NCBI GenBank assembly: GCA_903869825.1
Contig: CAIQAL010000003.1
Location: forward strand, 3,624 to 67,623
DNA: 64,000 bases
Direction of reading: 5' to 3'
DNA from: an uncultured bacterium
Lineage (GTDB): Bacteria > Patescibacteriota > Minisyncoccia > Phycocordibacterales > UBA9973
Positions 9,753 through 21,812 of the stretch are shown in pieces. The first letter of the stretch is position 1. The number at the start of each line of letters is the position of its first letter. The position numbers were made by a program, and so were the translations under genes. The notes below the pieces were generated by a model. That model was not told where the DNA came from, ran no database searches, and worked only from the letters and a program-made list of their open reading frames with translations.

Positions 9753-11240
9753 ATGAGTGCGAATACAACAATAGAAAATTTAAAAAAGAGAATTGCAGGA
9801 TTTCAGGGAGGTGCTGAAACATACGAATATGGAACGGTAATGAGTGTTTCGGACGGGATTGCAAAGATTTCCGGATTGGCGAAGTGTCAATCATCAGAAA
9901 TGGTCTCATTTGAATCCGGAGCGATGGGGCTTGCTCTCAACCTTGAGGAAGATTCTGTTGGTGTCATCGTGCTTGGAGATTTTTCCAAAATCCGCGAAGG
10001 TGAGACAGTGAAGCGTACCAATAAAATTCTTTCAATTCCGGTTGGTGATAAATTCATTGGTCGAGTGGTGAATCCACTCGGTGTCCCTATCGACGAAGCT
10101 GGGGCTATTAAAGAAGATGTCATCTATCCGGTAGAAAAAATCGCTTCAGGGGTTATGACCCGTGAACCTGTTAAAACCCCGGTTCAAACTGGGATAAAGT
10201 CCATTGATGCGATGATTCCAATCGGTCGTGGGCAACGAGAGCTTATTATCGGAGACCGACAAACTGGTAAAACGGCTATTGCTATCGACACCATCATCAA
10301 CCAAAAAGGACAAAATTTGATTTGTATTTATGTGGCTATTTCTCAGAAGCAATCGAAGGTTGCCCGTATCGTTTCAAAATTAAAAGAAGCCGGTGCGATG
10401 GATTACACAATTGTTGTTTCGGCCGGATCATCGGATGGTCCAGCCTTTTCTTATCTTGCTCCATATTCCGGAACCGCGCTTGGAGAATATTTTTTGGACA
10501 AAGGGAAAGATGTTTTAATGGTTTACGATGATTTGTCGAAACACGCAGTTGCATATCGAGAGATTTCTTTACTATTGCGTCGACCACCGGGGCGTGAAGC
10601 ATATCCCGGAGATGTTTTCTATTTACACTCAAGATTACTTGAACGTGCTTGCCGATTGAATAAAAATTATGGTGGAGGCTCGATTACTGCTTTGCCGATT
10701 ATTGAAACCCAAGCCGGAGATTTGTCCGCCTATATTCCAACGAATGTCATTTCCATTACTGACGGACAAATTTTCTTGGAGACTGGATTGTTCAACAAAG
10801 GAATCAGACCAGCTATCAATGCCGGACTTTCAGTTTCTCGTGTAGGAGGGAATGCACAAATTAAATCAATGAAAAAAGTGGCCGGAAAAATGAAGCTGGC
10901 CATGGCTCAATACCGCGAACTCGAAACCTTTGCTCAATTTGGCTCAGATTTAGATGCTGAAACAAAGAAAGCGATTAACCGCGGACAAAAAGTGACCGAA
11001 CTAATGAAGCAAAATCAATATGCGCCGATTCCGGTTTCAAAACAAGTTTGTTCTATTTATGCCGTGAATGAAGGATATTTGGATGAACTTGAAATCACCG
11101 AAATCAAATCTTGGGAAGAAAATTTTTATGCTTTTTTGGAAAGAACAAAAAAAACGTTGCTTGCCGATTTATTAAAAGATTGGAACGAAAAAATAGAAGG
11201 AGAATTAAAAGGAGCGATTAAAGAATTTTTAGGGAATTAA
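9753..11240 (+). CDS. atpA: F0F1 ATP synthase subunit alpha
   Basis: [31 protein letters not shown]. Confidence 0.98.
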   Translation: MSANTTIENLKKRIAGFQGGAETYEYGTVMSVSDGIAKISGLAKCQSSEMVSFESGAMGLALNLEEDSVGVIVLGDFSKIREGETVKRTNKILSIPVGDKFIGRVVNPLGVPIDEAGAIKEDVIYPVEKIASGVMTREPVKTPVQTGIKSIDAMIPIGRGQRELIIGDRQTGKTAIAIDTIINQKGQNLICIYVAISQKQSKVARIVSKLKEAGAMDYTIVVSAGSSDGPAFSYLAPYSGTALGEYFLDKGKDVLMVYDDLSKHAVAYREISLLLRRPPGREAYPGDVFYLHSRLLERACRLNKNYGGGSITALPIIETQAGDLSAYIPTNVISITDGQIFLETGLFNKGIRPAINAGLSVSRVGGNAQIKSMKKVAGKMKLAMAQYRELETFAQFGSDLDAETKKAINRGQKVTELMKQNQYAPIPVSKQVCSIYAVNEGYLDELEITEIKSWEENFYAFLERTKKTLLADLLKDWNEKIEGELKGAIKEFLGN

Positions 11241-11242
11241 AT

Positions 11243-11452
11243 ATGGAGACAGAAATTAAAACAAAAAAAATAAAAAGTTTAAAAATTTGGAACATTATTT
11301 TAGTTTCATGTATGGCAGTTTTTGCTTTACTTTGTTTATTTATTTTTTATAAAATATTTAAATGTGGCAAAGAGTCGGAAGATAAAACTTTTGGCGGAGT
11401 TGGATTTTGTGCAGTTAATTATTATTATTTCCCAAACGAATTATTTAAATAA
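11243..11452 (+). CDS. Hypothetical small single-TM protein inside the atp operon
   Basis: 69-codon ORF filling the atpA-atpG gap (2-nt and 4-nt spacers); basic N-terminus plus hydrophobic helix. Confidence 0.6.
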   Translation: METEIKTKKIKSLKIWNIILVSCMAVFALLCLFIFYKIFKCGKESEDKTFGGVGFCAVNYYYFPNELFK

Positions 11453-11456
11453 AAAT

Positions 11457-13789
<2,333 letters not shown>

Positions 13790-13795
13790 ATTATT

Positions 13796-14053
13796 ATGGC
13801 AACTTTAAAGATTTCAATTATCGGGACAGACAAAATTCTGTATGAAGGAGAAGCAGAAGCTGTTTTTGTACCGACCAAAAGCGGAATTATCGAAGTTCTG
13901 CCGGAACACATGCAACTCGTCTCAGCGCTCCAAAAAGGCGAAATAATTCTAAAAACCGGAAAAAGTGAAGAAAAATTTAAAATCTCCGGTGGTGTTATTG
14001 AAATCCGTCCAGAAAGTAAAGTTATAGTTCTTGCGGATATTGTAAAAGAATAA
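13796..14053 (+). CDS. atpC: F0F1 ATP synthase subunit epsilon (N-terminal beta domain only)
   Basis: G.IEVLPEH, ISGGVIEI; 85 aa; last gene of the operon. Confidence 0.9.
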   Translation: MATLKISIIGTDKILYEGEAEAVFVPTKSGIIEVLPEHMQLVSALQKGEIILKTGKSEEKFKISGGVIEIRPESKVIVLADIVKE

Positions 14054-14070
14054 TACGGATGAACACATAG

Positions 14071-14107
14071 AACTAAAAGACGGAATCAAGGCTTCCGTCT
14101 TTTAGTT
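14071..14107 (+). terminator. Hairpin/terminator after the atp operon, part of a larger nested inverted repeat
   Basis: AACTAAAAGACGGAA-tcaaggc-TTCCGTCTTTTAGTT, 15-bp perfect stem. Confidence 0.75.
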
Positions 14108-14174
14108 TGGATAGAAGCAAGGCTTCTGTATGGGGTTCATCAAAGCTTAATCAAGAGTGATATAATATTGTGGT

Positions 14175-14615
14175 ATGAAAATAGAAAGTTTTGCATTTCA
14201 AAATAATGGAGAAATTCCTAGTCGCTTTACTTGCGAGGGGGAAAATATTAACCCAGAACTTCTTTTTAAAGAGGTTCCAAGAGAAACAAAAAATTTGGCT
14301 TTAATAATGGATGATCCGGATGCTCCGAACGGTACTTTTGTGCATTGGGTTATGTGGAATATTCCTCCAAAAATAACTGAAATCAATCAAGGAAGTGAGC
14401 CGATAGATGCAATGGTGGGTTTAAATGGAGTTGGAAAAAACGAGTATATCGGCCCATGCCCGCCAAATGGAATGCACCACTATTTTTTTAAACTTTATGC
14501 ATTAGACGCAATGATTGAGCTTAGTAAAAACACAAATGCTTTCGACTTAAAAAAAATAATGGAAGGACACGTCATTGAGAGAGCAGAGTTGGTTGGATTA
14601 TACGAGAAGAAATAA
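14175..14615 (+). CDS. YbhB/YbcL family (PEBP, Raf kinase inhibitor-like) protein
   Basis: DDPDAP..FVHW, YIGPCPP, HHYFFKLYALD. Confidence 0.92.
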   Translation: MKIESFAFQNNGEIPSRFTCEGENINPELLFKEVPRETKNLALIMDDPDAPNGTFVHWVMWNIPPKITEINQGSEPIDAMVGLNGVGKNEYIGPCPPNGMHHYFFKLYALDAMIELSKNTNAFDLKKIMEGHVIERAELVGLYEKK

Positions 14616-14633
14616 ATTTGGTATAATCACTAA

Positions 14634-15308
14634 ATGGTAAAATTTTATGTAGTAGCTACACCTATCGGTAACATGGGAGATATTTCTTACCGGGCAATCC
14701 AGACCTTAAAAGAAGTAGATTTGATTTTATGTGAGGATACAAGAATGACGAAAAGATTGCTGGATAAGTATTTTATAAACAAGCTAACAATGAGCTACCA
14801 CGCTCAAAGCAAATTATCAAAAACTGAGAAGATTTTTGAGTTGTTAAATGAAGGGAAAAATTTGGCATTAGTATCGGATGCTGGAACTCCTGGAATCTCT
14901 GACCCGGGAGCATTGCTGGTATCCAAAATAAAGGATAAATTCAATCGCGAAGTGGAAGTAGTGCCAATCCCCGGGGCCTCTGCTGTGATTACGGCACTTT
15001 CAGCTTCAGGATTACCAATTCACGAATTCACATTCTTGGGATTTTTACCGCACAAAAAAGGCCGGGAAACTCTTTTTAAAGAAATTGCCAGCTCAAAACG
15101 TACGATGGTGTTTTACGAGTCACCGCATCGTATTTTAAAAACTTTGGAGTCCTTAATTAAATTTTGTCCCGAAAAAAAAGTTTGTATTGCAAGAGAGCTT
15201 ACAAAGATATATGAAGAATTTAAAACTGGCACACCAGTTGAAGTGTTGGAATACCTGACAAAAAATCCTGCCAAACAAAAAGGTGAGTTTACAGTTTTGG
15301 TATTTTAA
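14634..15308 (+). CDS. rsmI: 16S rRNA (cytidine(1402)-2'-O)-methyltransferase
   Basis: VATPIGN, EDTR, SDAGTPGISDPG, YESPHR, RELTK. Confidence 0.95.
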   Translation: MVKFYVVATPIGNMGDISYRAIQTLKEVDLILCEDTRMTKRLLDKYFINKLTMSYHAQSKLSKTEKIFELLNEGKNLALVSDAGTPGISDPGALLVSKIKDKFNREVEVVPIPGASAVITALSASGLPIHEFTFLGFLPHKKGRETLFKEIASSKRTMVFYESPHRILKTLESLIKFCPEKKVCIARELTKIYEEFKTGTPVEVLEYLTKNPAKQKGEFTVLVF

Positions 15309-16234
15309 ACAAATTCAATTTTTGGTATAACACTTTTTCTTTTTAGAAGGTACCAAACCACTAATACTAGAATGATTATTATAATGATAGGGGAGACTGG
15401 AGAGAAAATCTTTGCCATTTCCCATAACGAGATACGTTCTACTGAAATATAGCCACTAACTGTTTCAATGTTATTATTGAAGCTCAAATCTTGTTGAGCA
15501 ATGTCAACCAATCTCGTCTTCATATTCGTAATTTGGTTTTTAAGGTTTTGATTCCTAGTGTCAAAGTTTGAGTTTTCATGGGATATATTTTGGAATGATA
15601 TTTCCATATCACTGGTGCTGTTTTGTAAATCTTTTAATGCCTGGTTGTGATTTGCGATAAGAATCCCCTGTTCTTTTTGGAGGGCAGCTAGTGAAGAGTT
15701 CGATTGTTCTTGTTGTGACTCTATTGATTGCTTTTTGCCGAGCAAATTTTCGGAAGAAATATTCTCAGTAAGTAATTTTTTATGAGTGATACCTTCGATT
15801 TCATATTTGAAATTTTCAAAATTACTTTTTGGTATAACAAAACCAATATATCCATTTTCTGGGTTCTCATTAGAATTATCTATTCTTCCATTTACATTCC
15901 GGACAATATCTTTTGCTTCAAGTAAAATACTTTCTACACTCCTTGTCTTTATCGCAGCACTATAGTTTGTTTTTAAAAATTCTCTTGTGTCGTTTATCAA
16001 AGGATTTTGGTTCGGACTCAGATAATCTGAAGGTATCATCGATGAACTCTCTTTATTTCCTCGTAATTGAAGAGTATTGGTTATTTGTCGGCAACCCAAG
16101 CCGCAATTTGCTGGGTCATACGGTCGATTGATTAATTTTAAGCCTAGTAAAATAAGTCCGATTACTACTAAAATTATTAAAACGATAGCTGTCTTTATTT
16201 TAGAAACCTTAATTACACTTCTAGTTTTTTCCAT
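15305..16234 (-). CDS. Membrane-anchored coiled-coil protein (DUF4349-like)
   Basis: N- and C-terminal TM helices, a ferredoxin-like segment, then a coiled coil. Confidence 0.55.
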   Translation of the reverse strand: MEKTRSVIKVSKIKTAIVLIILVVIGLILLGLKLINRPYDPANCGLGCRQITNTLQLRGNKESSSMIPSDYLSPNQNPLINDTREFLKTNYSAAIKTRSVESILLEAKDIVRNVNGRIDNSNENPENGYIGFVIPKSNFENFKYEIEGITHKKLLTENISSENLLGKKQSIESQQEQSNSSLAALQKEQGILIANHNQALKDLQNSTSDMEISFQNISHENSNFDTRNQNLKNQITNMKTRLVDIAQQDLSFNNNIETVSGYISVERISLWEMAKIFSPVSPIIIIIILVLVVWYLLKRKSVIPKIEFV

Positions 16235-16323
16235 ATAATAATAAAAAAATTAATTTTAATGATACCCGCATATTATTAGACGGACGACAAGTTGTAATCT
16301 TACAAATTTTCAGCAGAAAACTG

Positions 16324-18249
16324 CTACAGTAGGTCTTCAGGGTCTATACTTATGGAAAAAGTAGGAGGGAGAGAAAGAAGTTTTTCCAGCAAGACATCAT
16401 CGATCGATGAATTTGCCGAAAGAAAAGGAATAGACCATTTTTTTGGTTCCAATTTGATTAAAGCATTTGTTACGTATTTATTTTTTTGCTTTGCCAAGAA
16501 GCCACTGAATATTTCAGGGTTGTAATCTTTTAGGAAATCATTCATGAAATTTTTTGCATTTATTGTTTCATCTTTATCTCCCAAAAAAGTAATTTTGATA
16601 AATCTTTTATAAGGAGGATAACCCAGATTCCGTCTATCCTTCAATTCTTCCCGGACAAAGGAAAGCAAATTTTCATTAAGAATTGCTGAAATTGCCGGGT
16701 CGTTTTCATTTTTCGTTTCGATTATCAATTTTTTTTCGGTTATTGAAATTATTGAAATCAACAGTTGAATAATTCTTTCGCTCATTTTAAAATTTGGGAT
16801 ACTCCAGAGCGAATCAAAAGAACCAATAACTGAGAGTGGAACTTTTTCTTTTATGTAAAAAAGGGCCATCTCTGTTCCGATTAAGATTGAGCCAGGTTTC
16901 TCTTTGAATTCGGCTATGACTTTTCCTGCTTGTTTGGATGATTTAACTGTTTCTTTGTCCAGTTGAAAAATAACATTTTTATCAAACATATTTTCTACTT
17001 TTTCTCTGACAGTATCAGTGCCGATACCAAGAGGCATTAAATTCCAACTATAGCAGCGTGAGCAAGTGGTGTCGGGGCTTCTTTCTGTTCCACACTTATT
17101 ACAAATAAACATTCTTTTATTACCGTCTCTGGATAAATACAGAACCACGGGAGCCAGACAATTATCACATAGAAGTGTTTCACCACAGTCTCGACAAACG
17201 GTCATGGTGGCTAGACCTCTTCTTAAAGAAAAGATAAAAACATTTTTACTTTTATGGATAGTATTTTGAATTTCTTTTACGCTTTCGTCTGTTAGTACCT
17301 TAAACTTTTCTCCTTTTTGGGGTATTTCAATCGTTCCATTAAAATTAATGCGATACAAAAGAGGCCGTACTTCTCCCAGGTTTTCAATATCTTTTTTGGC
17401 AATTGTTTCAAAACGGAGGAGAGTATCACTGAAAATAAGTTTTGATCCACTTTTAACCGCAAAAATTTCTGCAAAGATTCTTAAATCATAGTGCGCACGA
17501 CCAATAGTTTTGTAGGCGCTCGAACTCTCATTTTCAATTATTATCGTTTCGATATCATGTCTCGGGATAGATAAATATGGGGTTGTCCCTAAAATTAAAA
17601 CTGGATGAGATGAATCTATAACTTGAATGCACTTTTCTATTTGTTTTTTTGCGCTTAGCCCTCCATGAATTGGAATTACAAAATTTTCGATTCCTTTTGA
17701 AAGTGAAATAAATAAAGTTTCTATGTCGTGTTCCGTTGGTAGAACTATGAAAATAGATTTTTTTCTGGCAAAGCTTTCTCTAATTAGAGTTTTGTAATAG
17801 GAAACTCGATCTTCGAACGGTGCCTGGAAAAGTAATTTTTCTGCTCTAATGTTTGATTTAAATATTGGAACTTTTTCTTTATTTACTCCTCCAATCGCTT
17901 TTGATATTTTGTCGTAGTCTTCCTTGAAGGCGGCTGGGATGAATGAAGAAATTACTTCTCCTTTTTTAGAGGCAAAATATTTACTAGCTTCTATTGCCGA
18001 AGATAAAAATTCTTCTCGAAAGACAGATTTTCCTTTTACTTCTACAATTTTTTTTAAATCAAAATCAAGTCCTTTAATTCTTCCTTTGGCAAGGGACACG
18101 TCTTCTGAAGAAGTAGTTAAGCCTAAGATTTTTTTGTTTCGTAGAAGAACGCTGACGATACTTCCTTCCTCTATTTCTTGGGTAGAAAAATAAGTCAATT
18201 CGTCTTTAAAAATCCCTTTTTGAAGTGGCAAAACTGTAACAGTTTTCAT
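16324..18249 (-). CDS. priA: Primosomal protein N' (PriA) with degenerate helicase motifs
   Basis: N-terminal 3'-DNA-binding domain, four CxxC pairs, GIGT, ILIGT, R..LGYPPY; no GKT or DEEH. Confidence 0.85.
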   Translation of the reverse strand: MKTVTVLPLQKGIFKDELTYFSTQEIEEGSIVSVLLRNKKILGLTTSSEDVSLAKGRIKGLDFDLKKIVEVKGKSVFREEFLSSAIEASKYFASKKGEVISSFIPAAFKEDYDKISKAIGGVNKEKVPIFKSNIRAEKLLFQAPFEDRVSYYKTLIRESFARKKSIFIVLPTEHDIETLFISLSKGIENFVIPIHGGLSAKKQIEKCIQVIDSSHPVLILGTTPYLSIPRHDIETIIIENESSSAYKTIGRAHYDLRIFAEIFAVKSGSKLIFSDTLLRFETIAKKDIENLGEVRPLLYRINFNGTIEIPQKGEKFKVLTDESVKEIQNTIHKSKNVFIFSLRRGLATMTVCRDCGETLLCDNCLAPVVLYLSRDGNKRMFICNKCGTERSPDTTCSRCYSWNLMPLGIGTDTVREKVENMFDKNVIFQLDKETVKSSKQAGKVIAEFKEKPGSILIGTEMALFYIKEKVPLSVIGSFDSLWSIPNFKMSERIIQLLISIISITEKKLIIETKNENDPAISAILNENLLSFVREELKDRRNLGYPPYKRFIKITFLGDKDETINAKNFMNDFLKDYNPEIFSGFLAKQKNKYVTNALIKLEPKKWSIPFLSANSSIDDVLLEKLLSLPPTFSISIDPEDLL

Positions 18250-18286
18250 CCTTTAATTCTAACATAATTTGTGATATATTTAGCTC

Positions 18287-19300
18287 ATGGGATATTTTTC
18301 AAAAAAATTAGGGATAGATCTGGGGACTGCCAACACTCTTGTATTTATGCCGGGAAAGGGGATTATTTTAAACGAACCTTCAGTGGTAGCAGTTTCCGAA
18401 CAAGACAATCGAATCTTGGCAATTGGTTTTGACGCTAAGGATATGATTGGGAAAACGCCTGACTCTATTATTGCATACCGCCCCATGAAAGACGGTGTGA
18501 TTGCCGATTATCGAGTTACCGAGGCCATGTTAAGATATTTTATCAATAAAGCGCTTGGAAAATATAATTTTTTTAAACCCGATGTAATGGTTTCTGTTCC
18601 AGCTGGAGTAACTTCCACAGAACGTCGAGCAGTAGTTGAAGCTTCTCTCAGAGCTGGAGCAAAAAATGCTTATGTTGTGAAAGAGCCAATTTTGGCAGCG
18701 ATTGGCGCAGGAATTCCAATTTATGAATCAAAAGGGCACATGATTGTGGATATAGGAGGAGGGACAACTGATGTGGCAGTTATTTCTCTTGGCGGGATTG
18801 TGTCTTCAATTTCCGTAAAGTGTGCTGGAAATAAAATTGATCAAGCGATTGCTGATTACATAAAAAAAACATTCAATTTAGCGATTGGGGACAGAACAGC
18901 AGAAGAAGTGAAAATAAAAATCGGGGCGGCTGTTCCCCTGGAAGAAGAATTACGAGTAACGATAAAAGGAAGAGATTATATTCAAGGACTTCCTCGGTCC
19001 GTTCAAGTTGGTACGAATGAAATAGTGAAATCAATTGACGGAGAATTGAAACAAATAATAAAAGCAATAAAAGATGTTTTACAAGAAACTCCACCGGAAC
19101 TTGCGTCAGATATTATTGATTATGGAATCATTATGACCGGAGGTTCATCGCTGCTGCGAAATTTACCTGATTTGGTTTATCGAAAGACAGGAGTGAAGGC
19201 AACCCTAGCTGAAGATGCACTATATTGTGTTGCAAAAGGAACAGGAATAGCGCTAGAGCATTTGGACGTCTATAAAAAAACAGTTTTGAGTAAAAAGTAA
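18287..19300 (+). CDS. mreB: Rod shape-determining protein MreB
   Basis: IDLGTANT, EPSVVA, VDIGGGTT, TPPELASDI. Confidence 0.96.
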   Translation: MGYFSKKLGIDLGTANTLVFMPGKGIILNEPSVVAVSEQDNRILAIGFDAKDMIGKTPDSIIAYRPMKDGVIADYRVTEAMLRYFINKALGKYNFFKPDVMVSVPAGVTSTERRAVVEASLRAGAKNAYVVKEPILAAIGAGIPIYESKGHMIVDIGGGTTDVAVISLGGIVSSISVKCAGNKIDQAIADYIKKTFNLAIGDRTAEEVKIKIGAAVPLEEELRVTIKGRDYIQGLPRSVQVGTNEIVKSIDGELKQIIKAIKDVLQETPPELASDIIDYGIIMTGGSSLLRNLPDLVYRKTGVKATLAEDALYCVAKGTGIALEHLDVYKKTVLSKK

Positions 19301-19311
19301 GATTGTTAAAT

Positions 19312-20046
19312 ATGAAAATCTTATCAGATCTCGATATAAACAATTTACATCACGCATATTTGATTGAAGGCACTGAAGAGATTGTCTTGCCTGAGGTTCT
19401 TGAGTTTATCGAGAATCTAGGGATAAAAACAACCGGCAACCCGGATTTTTTTTGTGTTTCTACTGATTTTTTTAAAATTGCTGACGCTCGAAACTTAAAA
19501 TCGATGACACTCGAAAAAAGTTTTAAAGAGGTAAAAAGGTTTTTCGTTATTTCAACAAATAGTTTTTTGAATGATGCCCAAAATACTTTACTTAAAATCT
19601 TTGAAGAACCAAAAGAAAATACACATTATTTTTTAATTTTGCCCGATGCAAATATCTTGATTCCAACCTTACTTTCTCGATTTTATTTAATCAAATCAAA
19701 AATTGACTTGGAAAGTGAATTGAAAGACGCTGAAAAGTTTGTCGCGGATTCTCTGAGAGATAGAATTGAGTTTATAAAAAATTTACTGGCTGAAGAAAAA
19801 ATTGACGAAGAAGATGAAGAAGAAGTAACAGCTTCAAAAAATTCTACCAGATCAAAAGCGATTAAATTTTTAAATGCACTTGAATTAGTGCTTTACAACA
19901 AATATTGTCGTGATACGAAATTAAACCAAGACAAAAAAATTGATTTCTTTAAACAAATTTTTAAAGTTCGGGAATATCTCCGCCAGCCTGGCTCGTCTAT
20001 GAAAAGTTTAATGGAATCTGTGGCTTTAGTTGTGCCTATATTATAA
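19312..20046 (+). CDS. holB: DNA polymerase III delta'-like subunit
   Basis: HHAYLIEG, AQNTLLKIFEEP, PTLLSR. Confidence 0.8.
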   Translation: MKILSDLDINNLHHAYLIEGTEEIVLPEVLEFIENLGIKTTGNPDFFCVSTDFFKIADARNLKSMTLEKSFKEVKRFFVISTNSFLNDAQNTLLKIFEEPKENTHYFLILPDANILIPTLLSRFYLIKSKIDLESELKDAEKFVADSLRDRIEFIKNLLAEEKIDEEDEEEVTASKNSTRSKAIKFLNALELVLYNKYCRDTKLNQDKKIDFFKQIFKVREYLRQPGSSMKSLMESVALVVPIL

Positions 20047-20128
20047 TTTGATATAATTGTTATATTGAACATAACAAAATTTGTCGGTAATGTTTTTTTT
20101 GTGTTAATATATTTTTAAAATACATTAA

Positions 20129-21208
20129 ATGATAAAAAAAATAAAATTAATTTTAATAATATTAATCCTAATTGGGACTTCTTTTGATGTACACAATTCT
20201 TTAGCTGATGAAATTTGGCGGAACGTTGGTATTCTAGGTTTTTCAGACGGACAAGCAGATTTGATTTCTCTTGCTTTTGATGGTTCTTCTCCATATGTGG
20301 CGTATCAAGATGCTGCAAATGGTTACAGCGCCACCGTCATGAAATATGATGGCGAAAATTGGGTGAATGTCGGTGAGACAGGATTCTCAGCTGGACAAGC
20401 AAATTACATTTCTCTTGCTCTTGATGGTTCTACTCCATATGTAGCATATAGTGATGGTGGAAATGATTACAAAGCCACCGTTATGAAATATGATTATACT
20501 CATGTTATATGTTATACCCACTCTACCAACCGTAATTACCGGTGAAGCAGTTATCTCTTCTCATTTAGTCACACTTTAAATGAAACTGTTACTAACATCG
20601 GGGGAGAAGCTCCAAATGCTCTTGGGTTTGAATATGGATTAGGTACTGACTATGGATTAACGGTAGCAAATGAAAATGAACCTCCTTTTGAACAAGGTAA
20701 TTATTCATCCAGTATCTCATCTTTTACCTGTGCTTCTACCTATCATTATCGAGCCTATGTGACCAATAGTGTTGGTACTGGTTACGGATCGGACGCAACC
20801 TTCATCACTGCCGGTTGCGATACTACTGGCGGTGGTGGAGGAGGAGGTGGTTGGGGATTCACTCCGCATGTTGTTCCTGTTGTAACCATTACTCCACCAG
20901 TTAACCAAGTTATTTCGCCAATAATCTCAATTACTTCGAACATCCCTTTTATTTTCACTAAAGTTTTACAGATAGGTTCAAGAAACAAAGAAGTGCTTGA
21001 ATTACAAAAGTATCTGAATAGTCATGGATTAATTATTGCTAAAACAGGCTCAGGCTTACCAGGCCAGGAGACAAATTATTTTGGAAAAGCAACAAAACAA
21101 GCATTAGGACTCTTTCAGTTGAAAAATAAAATTATTTTGAATAAAAGTAGCAAAAGCTTCGGATCGTTTGGTCCAGTTACAAGGAGATTTGTTAATAGGA
21201 ATCACTAA
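20129..21208 (+). pseudogene. Disrupted secreted protein: signal peptide, two 48-aa repeats, FN3-like domain, Gly linker, peptidoglycan-binding-like domain
   Basis: ORFs 20129-20545 and 20759-21208 share a frame separated only by TGA 20543-20545; 7-nt duplication TGTTATA (20503-20516) and an extra AC near 20571. Confidence 0.7.
20216..20495 (+). repeat. Two tandem ~144-nt coding repeats
   Basis: W.NVG..GFS.GQA..ISLA.DGS.PYVAY.D..N.Y.ATVMKYD occurs twice. Confidence 0.85.
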
Positions 21209-21247
21209 GGATTGTCAAAATAGACCACTCGATGCTATAATGGCAGA

Positions 21248-21799
21248 ATGCAATATAATTTTTCCAATTTTAAAATTGGGCTTAAAAAAGCAGAGGAATT
21301 TTTAGGAAAAGAATATAGTCAGCTTTCAACTGGTCGGGCATCCATTATGGTCCTTGATGGGGTTTCAGTTGAAACTTATGGGGCTTACCAGCCGATTAAA
21401 AACGTCGCTTCTATTTCTGTGGAAGATCCGAAAACATTGCGCGTCGCTCCCTGGGATAAAAATCAAGTGAAAGCAATCGAAAAAGCAATTAATGTTGCTG
21501 ACCTTGGCTTGTCGGTTGCGACGGACGAAGCGGGGCTTCGAGTAATTTTTCCACAACTCACAACCGAAACCAGGCAAAAGCTCGTGAAAGTTTTAAAAGA
21601 AAAATTGGAAGAAGCTCGTATTACTGTTCGAAGAGAGCGCGGAGTGGTCTGGGATGACATTCAAGCACAGGAGAAATCAGGAAAGATGACCGAAGATGAA
21701 AAAGTTAGAGCCAAGGACGAATTACAAAAAGCGGTGGATGAGATAAATAAAAACTTAGAAACGCTTTTTGAAAAAAAAGAGAAAGAAGTATTGGGTTAA
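21248..21799 (+). CDS. frr: Ribosome recycling factor
   Basis: TGRAS, PWDK, P.LTTETR, KKEKE. Confidence 0.95.
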   Translation: MQYNFSNFKIGLKKAEEFLGKEYSQLSTGRASIMVLDGVSVETYGAYQPIKNVASISVEDPKTLRVAPWDKNQVKAIEKAINVADLGLSVATDEAGLRVIFPQLTTETRQKLVKVLKEKLEEARITVRRERGVVWDDIQAQEKSGKMTEDEKVRAKDELQKAVDEINKNLETLFEKKEKEVLG

Positions 21800-21812
21800 A
21801 TTATAAAAACAT

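Noticed and set aside
11322-11456. N-terminal TM extension of AtpG suggested by the ORF track
   Set aside because: TTG start inside another ORF; AtpG homology begins at ATG 11457
20543-20545. TGA recoding (code 25 or selenocysteine)
   Set aside because: TGA is a true stop for metK, upp and purL, and compensating duplications explain this stop
20826-20856. GGN repeat / G-quadruplex-like tract
   Set aside because: Explained as a poly-Gly linker of the surface protein
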